60,000 nt of DNA from Botryllus schlosseri. Taxonomy: Eukaryota. The notes under the pieces are model-generated. The model did no database searches. It was given only the letters and a program-made list of their open reading frames with translations, and was not told the origin of the DNA. The position numbers and the translations under genes were made by a program. The stretch is taken from positions 31,498,001-31,558,000 of the forward strand of contig CM119371.1 in NCBI GenBank assembly GCA_051294905.1. The letters are read 5' to 3'. Shown here piece by piece: positions 1 to 12,100 of this stretch; position 1 is the first letter of the stretch, and each line of letters begins with the position of its first letter.

Positions 1-34
1 TCCTTATTCCAGGAAAAAGAATATTTCAACCCAC

Positions 35-182
35 ATTGGGTAAACTATGCTGTTGGAATAGTGACGTCCCCTGCTATCATCGTATTCATCGATAAGGTCG
101 CAGAATCTAGGTGTCACGTCACAGCGGCATTCTTCGTCCATGAAATCGTTGCATTCGGGTATCCCATCACACGCCGTCGCAT
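35..182 (-). CDS. Gene B exon, LDLa (YATACDGIPECNDFMDEECRCDVTPRFCDL...); donor position uncertain
   Basis: AG acceptor at 183-184, phase 1, LDLa Cys/acidic motif; GTGGGT donor assumed at 34. Confidence 0.75.
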
Positions 183-3100
183 CTAAACAGCAGACGTGTA
201 TCCAATCTCATACTTGTCAACGAGAAGATATTTTTGGAGTGTGATCCACTTACATTTGCCTACCGGATCGCCGCATTCGTAATCCAGTTTTCTTTGGCCT
301 TGAAACGGAATGCCGCTTGGTTCTAAAGTTAGCAAGGAATGAAGTATCGTCGCAAATCACGTCAATTACAAGGTAGGCATTGTTGTCGTGCCTCATGTAA
401 CAAGATTAGGGGCTATAAAACACTGGTTTAGTGTGTTTTTCGTAATGCAGATATTATGCTATAATGGATTTGACTTTGTTACCAGAATCTACTTCACTTG
501 TACTTGCATTTTTAGCTAAAATACATATTATATTTGACAAATTTTATGCTATTCGAAATTATGTGTTTGAAAATCCCTCCACGGCGAATTTAGTTTGACG
601 GAAGATCATAGTCATTTTAAGGAGTGACATTGTCGTAAACGATATGAAACTGGGACCGAGAAAACAACCCTCAATCTGATTCAGGATATGTTGCAATATT
701 TGTTGCTCCTTTACCTTCATGGCATTAGTTACAGGAATGTATTTGGAAATTGCCAATTGTCTCGGAGCCCTACCAAATATTCTTTATACTTTCAGACTAC
801 TACAGTGAGGTGTATAACCTTCATGAGGCTGACACAACGTATAACAAGACATCATTTGCGAATGCTCGATGACTAATGTTTACAACCCTGGAGCAATCGT
901 AGCAAATAGAAATGTGTCTTAACGGGTGAGTTTCTACGTTTGAGTTTGAGTAATAGTCACGATCGACATAACGAAATCGGAACTCTTATCCAGATGCGGA
1001 ATAATAAACGTGTCAGACTACTTTGGTATCAACTATTGCATGGATTCTTTACCTGGGATGCTCGCATCCGCAAGGGATGCTAAAACTGCTCCTACGGGGT
1101 GTTGAGAATCATTAAGAATATTTAGGTCTACCAACTCGACGCCCGAGATTCCCCGCTCTCCTTAATTCGGCCCACAATTCGTGTCCTTTTTAGTTCCATT
1201 GTAACATACCTTTCCGTATGCAATATGCTTCATCTTCACCGCCCGGGCAATCTAACCTGGGAACATGACACGAGTTTGAGCATCATTTGTACCCATTGAT
1301 GTGAGCGAGGCCTGAACTACTGCGAAAGTACGTTGCCCTAAATCATCGAAATCTGGATAAAGAAACCAGCGGACATGGGGGGAAATTAAGTTATGTCCAA
1401 TTTACAAGGCCATTGCTGCAGCCAGCAAGTATGAGAATTTGAGCGGGAAATAATTACCATATTAGTTCATATAATGCCACTGTGAAGCAGAGAACAAGGA
1501 AATTATATGTCGTATGATATTTTTGAAAGGCATCCCACCTACTATCGCAGACGCTTGTTGTTTTCACCAGTAGCCTAGCTCCATTTCCCCAACTACTGCA
1601 TCGAATTGACGGTGTACTTGAAATTTCACCTAAGCTGGTGTCTGTGACAGACGTGTTTATTCATTAACATTGATGAAATTCGAAACATTTCACTTACTCC
1701 AGACAAAGTTTTTGCAAAGATTCGGCCGAGCTGCTTCGGGACAGAGGCACTCATCAGTGAGGTCGCCACAGTCAAATACTCCGTCACATAGCTTGGAAAT
1801 CGGTAGGACGACTAATGGATCTCTAAGGCATTTAAAACAGCTCTCGTCCGTGAAATCTGAGACATGATCGTATACTTTGTAATTGCACGCCATACGTTAG
1901 CAGTAACGTTTTGCTTACATTTTCCATCCTCGGGACAGATGCACTCGTCAATATCTGCAATGCAGACAGATCGTCATTAATATAATAGAAGCGTCATAAT
2001 TTCAATCGAAATACAACCAAGGTAATGTATGCATGGGAATGGCATATGGCATAAAATCCGAGTCATCGAAAAGTCAATCAAGCGAAGATATCATCATTTG
2101 CTTTGGTATTTATAAGATAGCCTGATTACAACTTTGTAGTTTCCGTAATGTGACGTGTAAAGCAACTGGTATAGTGTCATACAATGGTATGAACACAAGC
2201 AAATCCCATGGCTCACTGCGATTGGTCTGCGTCACACTTTCCATTTGGCTAAAAGGCAATTTGACGGTAATTTTTGACAGGCTTTCCGGGCGCTAAATTT
2301 GTAAAATTGGTATCAATTGAAAGCTACCGAGGCACTAATTACGAAAATATAAATTTTATTGTGCTCGAGGTTCTAGAACCCCAAAAAATCATCTTCAAAT
2401 TTTGGTTGTAACTAAGTTTGGTATACTCTACCGCAGCAATGACGTCTGAAAGCAAATTAGGACTAGCGAAAACCGCAAGCGTTTTGAGCATTGTTGCAAG
2501 AGCGATTGAGCAATGAGCATTCGCATACTCTCACTTTAGACTTACTACGTTCTGCGGCTGCTTATCCCAGACGGTACTGAAGGAGCGTCACAAATAAAAA
2601 CTCCGTTACAATGCAAATTGCAATGCTGAATTTAAGGGGTTCCAGGAACACTAGTTCAATAAAATTAATAGTATCGTAATCAGTACCCCGGTAGCTTTCG
2701 ATTGATAACAATTTTTTCAAATTTTGCGCTCGGCAAGCCGGTTAAAAATTACCGTCGAATTGCCTCTAGCCAAATGCTAAGTGTGACGTAGACCAGTCGC
2801 AGTGAACCGTGAGATCTGCTCGTGTCCACACCATTGTAGGGCACTATGGTATGATGTTACATCGCCCTCACCGTGCTCACATAGCGCAACGCCATCGCAT
2901 AAATCTGAGTCAAATATCATGCATTGTCGCCCTTTTCGTGGGCATATTCTGCCAGAAAGATGAGTCCTCTCTGGTTGGTTGAACTCGTCGCTTCCATCTC
3001 TAAAATTTTAGACACTGTTGGTGTTGGGATGACTCGAGTCATGAGTTGTCCCGTTGCACTACTTAAAAAATGACATGGCTTTTATTGGGACACGCGAATG

Positions 3101-6100
3101 AGAAATACTGAATGACTAGTGACTTTTAGTAAAATTAGGAAGTCAATTTGAAGCCTTTAAATGTACTCCTGCGTGAATCAATCTGAACCTTTTGGGTCCG
3201 CTGAGAAATCATTACCAACAATAATAATTCCGTATATATTAACTTTTCCAATGGGATTAGATCCACCTGCAGTCACATCGCAGTCGAAATAGCTTTAGCA
3301 TGGACGCTGTAAATTGCGCCCTGCTAACCCTTTTTGGTGCCATTACATTTTAAATACAGGTAGGCACAAATAAGCATCGTTTGAATGAAAGTGTATCCAA
3401 GAGATATTTATCGCCTGTTTAGCCGTGGGCGATACAAATGCTGCAACCATGATGTCACAAACATATGAAAATATATATGCTATGCTAATGAAAGAATGAC
3501 AATACATTCACAACCATTGGAATTGCCATCGTTAAAGTTTTGTTGTCGATATTCATGTGGATCTAAAACCAGATCCTGCTGCTTCGATGTCATCTGATGA
3601 TGAATGCATGAAGTAAAGTAGCTAAAGCGCCTCACCACATTTAATCGTATATTCCTAATACGTACTCGCAATCCGTAATTCCATTACAATACATGTTTGC
3701 CGGAATGCATTTCCTCCCATTGGCACAGGAAAATTCGTACGCTTTACACGATCTGCCTGAAAATGAAGGACCGCCACAATGGGATATCGTTTATTCTGTA
3801 GGTGAAAATTGAAGACTGACATTCGGTATTACTTTAAATGTCTCTTAGAAAAGCATTTTGAAATGCTGATATTGATTTCAGTTTTAAACTATTATTGTTG
3901 TTGTTATTATTAAAAGTTAGTTATTATCCGGTGTCCAACATCACTACGCCTCGCTAGCGTAAACGGCTTCAGCGATATCAACAGCATTCCATCGTAGGAG
4001 AATCAGCTGATATGAATGGGCATATTACCTTGACGTGCTATGTCCCTGACACTGCTAAGACCAAGACGCATAGAAAACGGCTTGGTCATGCATTGCAAGG
4101 TGATAAATATCCATCTAGTACGATGTTTCGCTAGCCCCTATATTAGGGTTACCATATTTCTGTGACACAAATTCCGGACACTCTTCAGCGCCCACTGGAA
4201 GATTTAAAAATGAGTTATGACGTCAATCTAGTAAAGCTTTGCTCACAGACCAGAGGTGGTCACAGGAGTATGTATGTGACTGTGTGTCGTGTAACCGGGA
4301 CCGAAACCACATTTTTCAGCCCCTTCCCACCCAAATAAACAATGATTTTGAGCCCACCCTAGGGTAATCGATGCAACCTCTGGGGAGGGGGGGCTTGCTA
4401 TATGAATATGGTTTCTATATGCATCTGGTCGTGAAATGTTTTGAATGAATTCTGTCAATAATATTGGTTGTTCCATATATTACTATATAGTTACTATAGT
4501 TACTACTATCCGCCCACATGATCAGAGTTAGCGGTAGAGCTAGTGGAGGATGATGAGTTCGCAAATACAGGAAGCGTAATTGTACATCGTCAAGTCATGT
4601 TCATGTCCCACCGATAAGATTGTTTATCAGGCTTATGCCGGTGCGAACCACGGAGCGTTATAAACACCCCACATCCAGTGGTTTCCAACCTTTTATGGTC
4701 ACGACTGCATCTCCAATTTGAAAATGTTCCGTTGCCCGGATCAAAATTTGACGAGCTGATTGCTAAAAGAAGTCAGCACCTTTGCTTAGACTTACTCACA
4801 GGTTATTTTGAAAGCTGATTACCTTCAACATATTCGCAAACCCCACACACAAAAAAAAATTACCTCGATTTACCGCGAAATGTCTGGAAGCAGGGTGGCC
4901 AGCCACTTGGCAGTAATATAACATTACCGTCACTCAATGTAAATTCAACTTACAACCGTCCGGTGATCTAACTTTACATGCCAGACTGTAACGTTACAGT
5001 CACCTCTGGTATATTCAATCTACATTCTCTTCTGTGTACATTTACTACCGAGACTGTAATTTCACCGCCTTACCTACCTACCTACCTACAACCCTACATG
5101 CTGTCCTTGTAAATCAGATTACATGCCAGCTTGTAAATTCACGTCTCAGCCTACATCCATACCTATCCCAAAGCAACGCGATGCCAAAATACCGCAAAAG
5201 TTTCTTCACGCCCTCAAGACGACATTAGGACAACTGTATATTCATTCGTGATTCACGATGAAAAAGTATTGCTCCTGGAGGTATAATTCTTGTTTAGGAG
5301 GCATGCAAATATAGCACGAGTGGTCCTAAGAAAAGGTGAATTAATTCCAACGCCGGATAAACTTCCAATTGTTTCTTTTTCTCGTCTTCATTCCTTCTGT
5401 GTGACTGGTATCTTGCAGTTCCACTAAGAATAATTCATGCGTAAGTCGCTATACTAAGCCAAGTTGCTAACCTAGACATGACTTATAAAGACTAAGACAA
5501 ATAGGCTAACAAAAATATAAGAAGTTTTGAAGTACCGGTACTGGTACATTGTGAGTTGACGACTCCTCAGTTAACATGATATAGCAGAGATTCATGACTT
5601 AAATGATCAATGTATTGAAAGAAAAGGTGCCTCATTTAATGCGGCATGTGAGCCAAACATATCGAGCAGTGGATGAAAACATATCTAAGCTATGACCGGA
5701 TAAATGTCAATAACAAGCTAACAGTTTCAACTACTCCGCGGCAGAGTATGTGGTGTCGCAGGTCATTATACAAGTCGACTAATATCCCAAAATAGAACTG
5801 AGAATGGGGCGACTGAAATATTTAAATCATGAAACCAAAGTCATCCGGGTGGTGTGCACAGTCGTAGATATTCACGGCAACTAATACTATACAGTAGGCT
5901 ACTGTACCTTTTACGATGCGCATCCCATTCATCAGTCCTGACAATCTTCAACGAAAGTCTCTACTTTCTTCAATCACAAGTCACAAGCTTCGCACTGTCA
6001 GCCTTTGCATGCCCAAAGCTCAATATTAATGGCCGACCAGTCGGCTACTCGGCTTGACACGCAGACGACTTTGAAATAAGTGATATTCATCCGCTCACAT

Positions 6101-9100
6101 ATGCCACCAATAATATTTACTGTCCACGTTATAATGTTCAATCCAGGTTGGTTTTTCAAACAGAAACATCTATCAACATCTATAGTCCCTTTCTTTTGCA
6201 TCTAATTTCGTATATATTGATATTTATTGCTCCACGTGTGGTTCCCTACTTACTTACCTAACCGGACGCCATTTGTGATGTCACAGTTGACTGTTGGTTG
6301 TTTACTACGAATCTCAGAATAACCTGCAACGCGCAACATAAGGTAACCTATTATAGGTCGCCGTGTCCGCCATTAAGAAATGGACAACTGAGCCTGCTGC
6401 TGTGCTGATATTTCTAGTTTCAGGAATAAGATTATATATCCTAAACTGATTTTTGTAACTCAATAGCCCTATCTGTTACAACAAATCTAACCGCCGAGAC
6501 CGACCGTGTAGCCATAGCCTTATAATATAATGTATATGGTGTAACTACATTGTCAGCTGCTTCTTGCACCCAACTATGCACTACACCGAAATTGGTACTA
6601 GGGTCAATCAGTTCCGTGTGACCTAATCCTGTCTCGCGAAGGAGGTTGAATTAGGTCAAATCGCAACGAGAATGATATCACAGTGACATGCACTTCCACG
6701 TATCCACTGGTTGCTGGGGCTTGGAAGCTAATCAATTTTGCCAATAGCTTGGTAAAATGCCGTAGCGAGTAACTGTCAGTAACCTTGCGAAGAAATTCTG
6801 GTAACTTGACTTAGCAGCTAAATTAATGTAATATCACACATCAAAATGTAAAATGACAAACTACACGCTGCTATTAGCTGCGACCGGTAATTCGTTGTAA
6901 AATTTACAGAAATTTCTTTGTAAATCTACCAGATTTTTTTGTGTGCAGAATAAAGGTAAACGACCGCCAAGTTTGGAACCACTATATATCATTGAATAAA
7001 GCATTTAAACGGCCTGAACGATCTCTAGAAATAGACCGTTCTCCTATAATTGCGATTACAATTAGGCTTATTCCAGTAAATGAAGGTCATAGTAAATCGC
7101 GCGCAGCGCGAAAAAAAAATCATTCATCAGCATAAATATTCCCAAAAATAATGTTTTCATGTTAATTTACGAAAAAAATTATTAGCTTACGTCAAGTCTT
7201 CAAACTCCCGGACATTTGGCATATTTTAGAAATTCCTCCCGGATGCTAGTTTGAACAGTGAAATTCCGGACGTATGGCAACCCTACCCTGTATCCATTCC
7301 TTGGACGCTGATAGGCGTTGTCAGGCATCGTTGTCAGCTCATATAGCTCAAAATAAAAGTGATGATCGTGATACTTTTCGTTGTATTTGTAGTTCTTAAA
7401 TAATATTATTTCTTTTTTGGAAACGATATATGCCCGTCGCCCCCGTTCGATAGCACAGCGTTCTACTGACGAACATGTTCGGTTTCTGTGTCTGAACCTC
7501 AAAATTTGCAGGTTCGCGTTTGCAAACGAACATTGTTAGGTCCTGCAATGTAAACCTTTTTCGTCTATTAAAATTTTCGACGTCATTACAACATTTTTGG
7601 TTTGAATTGCTCGCAAAATAACTTCGGATCACTCTCTCTGTGGCATGATAATAAATTCCACACTAAACGAGCATGCATCTTGCCAACTCTCTTTGTTTGT
7701 TAGAAACGTTTGCTCGAAATACTCAGCTTGCCGTTTGTGAATATGTAGTGACTCTTCGTTATGGATCGCAATCACACAGCATCAAGGACGAAATACACTA
7801 CGTGTATGCAGCCTAGTCTACGAATTGTGCTTATTCAACCAATACATTGATATTGACATCTATGATATTGATCGAAAGAATGCATCGTCGTATAATGTAA
7901 AAAATTTAGGAAGCGTACGTGGTACATCTTCACTTCGTATATGTTGTATTGTATCATGAAAAGCAAATCCACTCGATTGACGTGTTGGTTACTGCGTCTA
8001 TAATTGATTTATGAGTTCATATCTGTAGCAAGAACGGAGATACCGCTTTTGTTTCTCTCATTCCGATCAATGTGCATTAGGGCTGTTCAAAAATAACCTT
8101 TTTTCCTGAATCTTTCTGGTTACTTGATTAAATCGTTAGGTTGCCTTAAAACATGACGCATACCAAATTTGAATTCATTCCAACCAATATTCGCGGATTT
8201 CGTAGAGTTTGAAAATTTTGAATTAGCCTAAAAATGCAAAAAAAAATTTTTTTCAAATTTTTCTGCCAACCCCATAAAATTGTTGCGCTGTCTTCAAAAA
8301 CGTTGCAAAACAAATTTGACTAAATTCGAAAATTTTTTTTTGCATTTTCAGGCAAATTCAAAATTTTCAAACTCTACGAAATCCGCGAATATTGGTTGGA
8401 ATGAATTCAAATTTGGTCTGCGTCATTTTTTAAGGCAACCTAACGATTTAATCAAGTAACCCGCAAGATTGAGGAAAAAAGGTTATTTTTGAACAGCCCT
8501 AATGTGCATGTACAACGTACATTGTAGCCTACAATTAGCATGACGCCTTAAGAATACATTGTCTGGTCTAGCCTAGACCGTCAAGGCTCAAAAGCTTATA
8601 CCCGTCCAAGTCCGCGTCGAAATTGTTGGCAAAGCGAATAAAATATTTATTTTATGGAAATGTTATAGCATTGGTCTGGTCCAGTTGATACATTTGGTCA
8701 TGCATTCACTTCAGCATTGTGCCATAATATAGTCTGAGTTTTCCCAAGGTAAATTGTAATTAAATATATTTTTTGAGGGAATGTAGGTTAAAATTGGAAA
8801 AATTACGTCATAGTTTCGTGTTCACGCTTAAGTTCACATATAACATTTCAAAAAGGTTCGCGTTCACACGAACCAGAACCTTCCAAGGGTTTGCAACATC
8901 CCTAGTATTAAGCTGCTATGACTTCAGCTTCGTCGTACATCTTCAAAATATTAAATTTCCAATATTTTGCTGTGTTAAATCCATTACTTACGACTTCCCG
9001 AAAGAAAAATAACTTCGGCGTACAGTTAAACTTATCAAGCGTGGAGAAAGCAAACTCGACTTTTCGCCTTCCCATAATGACAAAGTAGGAGAGTGACTAT

Positions 9101-12100
9101 TCTCACCGTCGCACAATTCATCCTCGTACGGAACGAGATTGGCTGGTAACTCGCAAATCCGATGTTGATAGCGATGATGGTGAGTCCTTATGCGGCATAA
9201 TGTTGCATCGGTATTGATCATTCCCGGATTATTCCAGGGTTCATCAGTTCCATCACTGGATGAATACAACGGAGATGTTCACATCGTGTATTATGGCATT
9301 ATGGTAATATAATACAGGCTATAGAATGGAGTGAATATACTTTTATTATCGGCGAGCATAGCGTTGTTATCAAGTCATGAGGTCGAGTTTTAGTCGAGTT
9401 ACATTCATTCTGTCAAGCCTGGTTCAGAGCATGATGCGAGAAGTCGAACCCCAGAACAAGTCCTTATAAGTAATGCTGCAGTTTAGGGATGGTGTGAACG
9501 TGAGGTTCACGTTCGCGTTCTGTGTGTGAATTTCAGAAATTTAGAGGTTCACGTTCACAAACGAACCTTGGTAGGTTCTGCACTGTGAACCTTTTTCATA
9601 TATTACAATTTTCACTTCATTATAACATCCTTGGTTGAAATTTATTGCATTTCAACTGCGGACCACTTTATCCATGCCACGACAGCGTAAAAAAATCAAC
9701 ACTAAGCGAGCATGCACCTTGACAATCTCAAAGATTTCTGCTGTGAGCTTAACCCGCAATCACACAACATCAAGAGCGAAATACACTACGTGTAGGTAGT
9801 CAGCGAATGATGCTTATTCAACCAATCAATGTAATTGATATCATTGTCTGATCTACGCTTCAGGTGCTTAGACCGGTTATGTGGGACCATTATTCACTAG
9901 TGTTTCCGCGCCGGATCACATCATGACATATATAAGTTTCGGCCAACATTTTGTTAACACTTTGAAGAGTAGTAAGCTACCACATTATGGATATTAAATC
10001 CATCATTACTGGTATTTGTAAAATAGAGCCAGAAACTGTGTAAAGTGAGGAAAACTAGTATATTATGAATGCGAGGCATCAACCGAACAGCGCTGTAAGC
10101 AGTGAGACAGACAAGTTTGTACTAGCAAAGAACAGGCAACACAATGACATGAAATTGGACTGGAGTCACAACACTGCGACTCGGACTCGAACTTTTAATA
10201 AAACACGACACTGACTCGGACTTAACTCGGCGTTGAAAGGAAAATGACTTGACATGACTCGTGTACCCTGTAAAAATAGTACATTGAACGCTCTCTCATT
10301 CGAAATTTCATGCTGGTGACGTCATATTTTGTGATACGATTGTTGATATACAATGATATTTCCAATTCTCTACTAGTTGCTGACGATTACCCCTGACGAG
10401 TGTCAGCCGAAAATATTCGAGTTCATTCCAATATGAATATACTATTCAATAAATATATAACCCAAACATGTTTATTAGTATTTAGTTCGCAACTGAAGTA
10501 TGGTGATGAAATGGCTCGTAATGTAAAGTAATGTCCATGGGGTTTCAATTGTGGTTTGTTTTCCCATTGGTAGTTCGAGCCCCTTGTGTTTGGAGGGGGC
10601 TGACAAAGTACCGTGTTAGTCTTGGTTACGTAATATAATCATCACGATCCTACTAAACAGCCCTACCGGCAGCCATTTCCATCATCACAATAGTGTTTCC
10701 TTTGTACACATCTTGACCCGGAGTCGCATGAGAATTCGTGCCATAGACACGTTGAACCTGAACAGAATATAAATCTAGTGATCGGATGAACTAAAAATCC
10801 TAAAATCGAGTTTATCATCTAGAAGCGCATCTTAGTATCGGATGTACATCGGGATTCTTTTATCTTCATAAAAATGGTTGCGAGAGAACGGCAGAGAAAG
10901 TGGAAGGAGATAGGGCGTTCATGTTCGAACATGCGTTTCTAGATTCGCATACATTAATGTGAAGTTACATTGACCTTGGCTTGAGGCCTATAAAGTTAGT
11001 TGATTAGGCAACAGTTATTAAGTAAGATCCTGAGTATAGCATATTATTGGTTCTATCCTATGATAAACTGATATTCATGTAGATTACAACCGTACAAATA
11101 TTTGTTCAAATGGTGGAAATTACCATTATCAAATCCAGGCTACGTTAAACTCGCAATTCTAAATATCTTCACGTATAAAATGTATATTATGCCGTGCAGA
11201 CAAACGTTTTGACGTCTCAGTTGGTCGGTCAGCTCGACTTGATCAATGCCTGGTTCTGTGAAGATTGTGCATTAGGGTTGTTCAAAATTACCTTTTTTCC
11301 AGATATCTTAGTGATTCACTGATTCAATTGTCAGGTTACCCTACAAAACAGTGTACAATGATTTGGTTCCATTCTAACTATTGTATGCCGCCGTAGAACC
11401 AACGTAAATTTTTAATTTGTTATGAACAATGCAAAAATGAAAATTTCCAATTTTTCTGTCATCACCATGAAATGGTTGAGTTGTGCTCACGAACGATGCA
11501 AAAATACGCGATTCCAACCCGAATGAGCGGAGTTATTTGAGACAATTCAATCAGTGAATCACTGGAATACGAATATAATAGTTATTTTTGAACAACCCCA
11601 TTGTGCATCAACTCAAATAAAAAGTGATATAAACAATATTTACAGTGAGATATCTTAACAGGTGTAGTAGGACTACCTTACTTTCCATTTCTGACGCATC
11701 ATTTTTAGAAGTTTTACGTAGATTTCATTCATAGTTTTATTCATAGATACATTAAATTCATATTAAAATGTCATATATATTCCGCTACTGGATTTACCTT
11801 CACAAGATTCGTACGCATTCACGTTCGTTCCCTCAGGCAACATACAAACGCGCGCAATCCAGGAATCCGATTTGCGACAGAAATTGACATTGTAGTTGTA
11901 ATCCATACTGTTGTTGAAATATCGCTCGTCCGAACCGTCACTGAACGAGAATTGCACATTTCTTTCGGCCCGTGTACGATTTAAATCGAATGAGAGATGT
12001 GATGTGAACGATAGGTTGGATATGGCCACATAAGAAAATGATAACGGTATTCCAAACGGTCACGATATACGCACGGACACTGAGGGTTCGAGTCACAAAA

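Noticed and set aside
5900..6201. Coding-looking minus-strand segment in the B10-A11 intron
   Set aside because: Stops in all frames, no LDLa pattern, lies within a transposon nest
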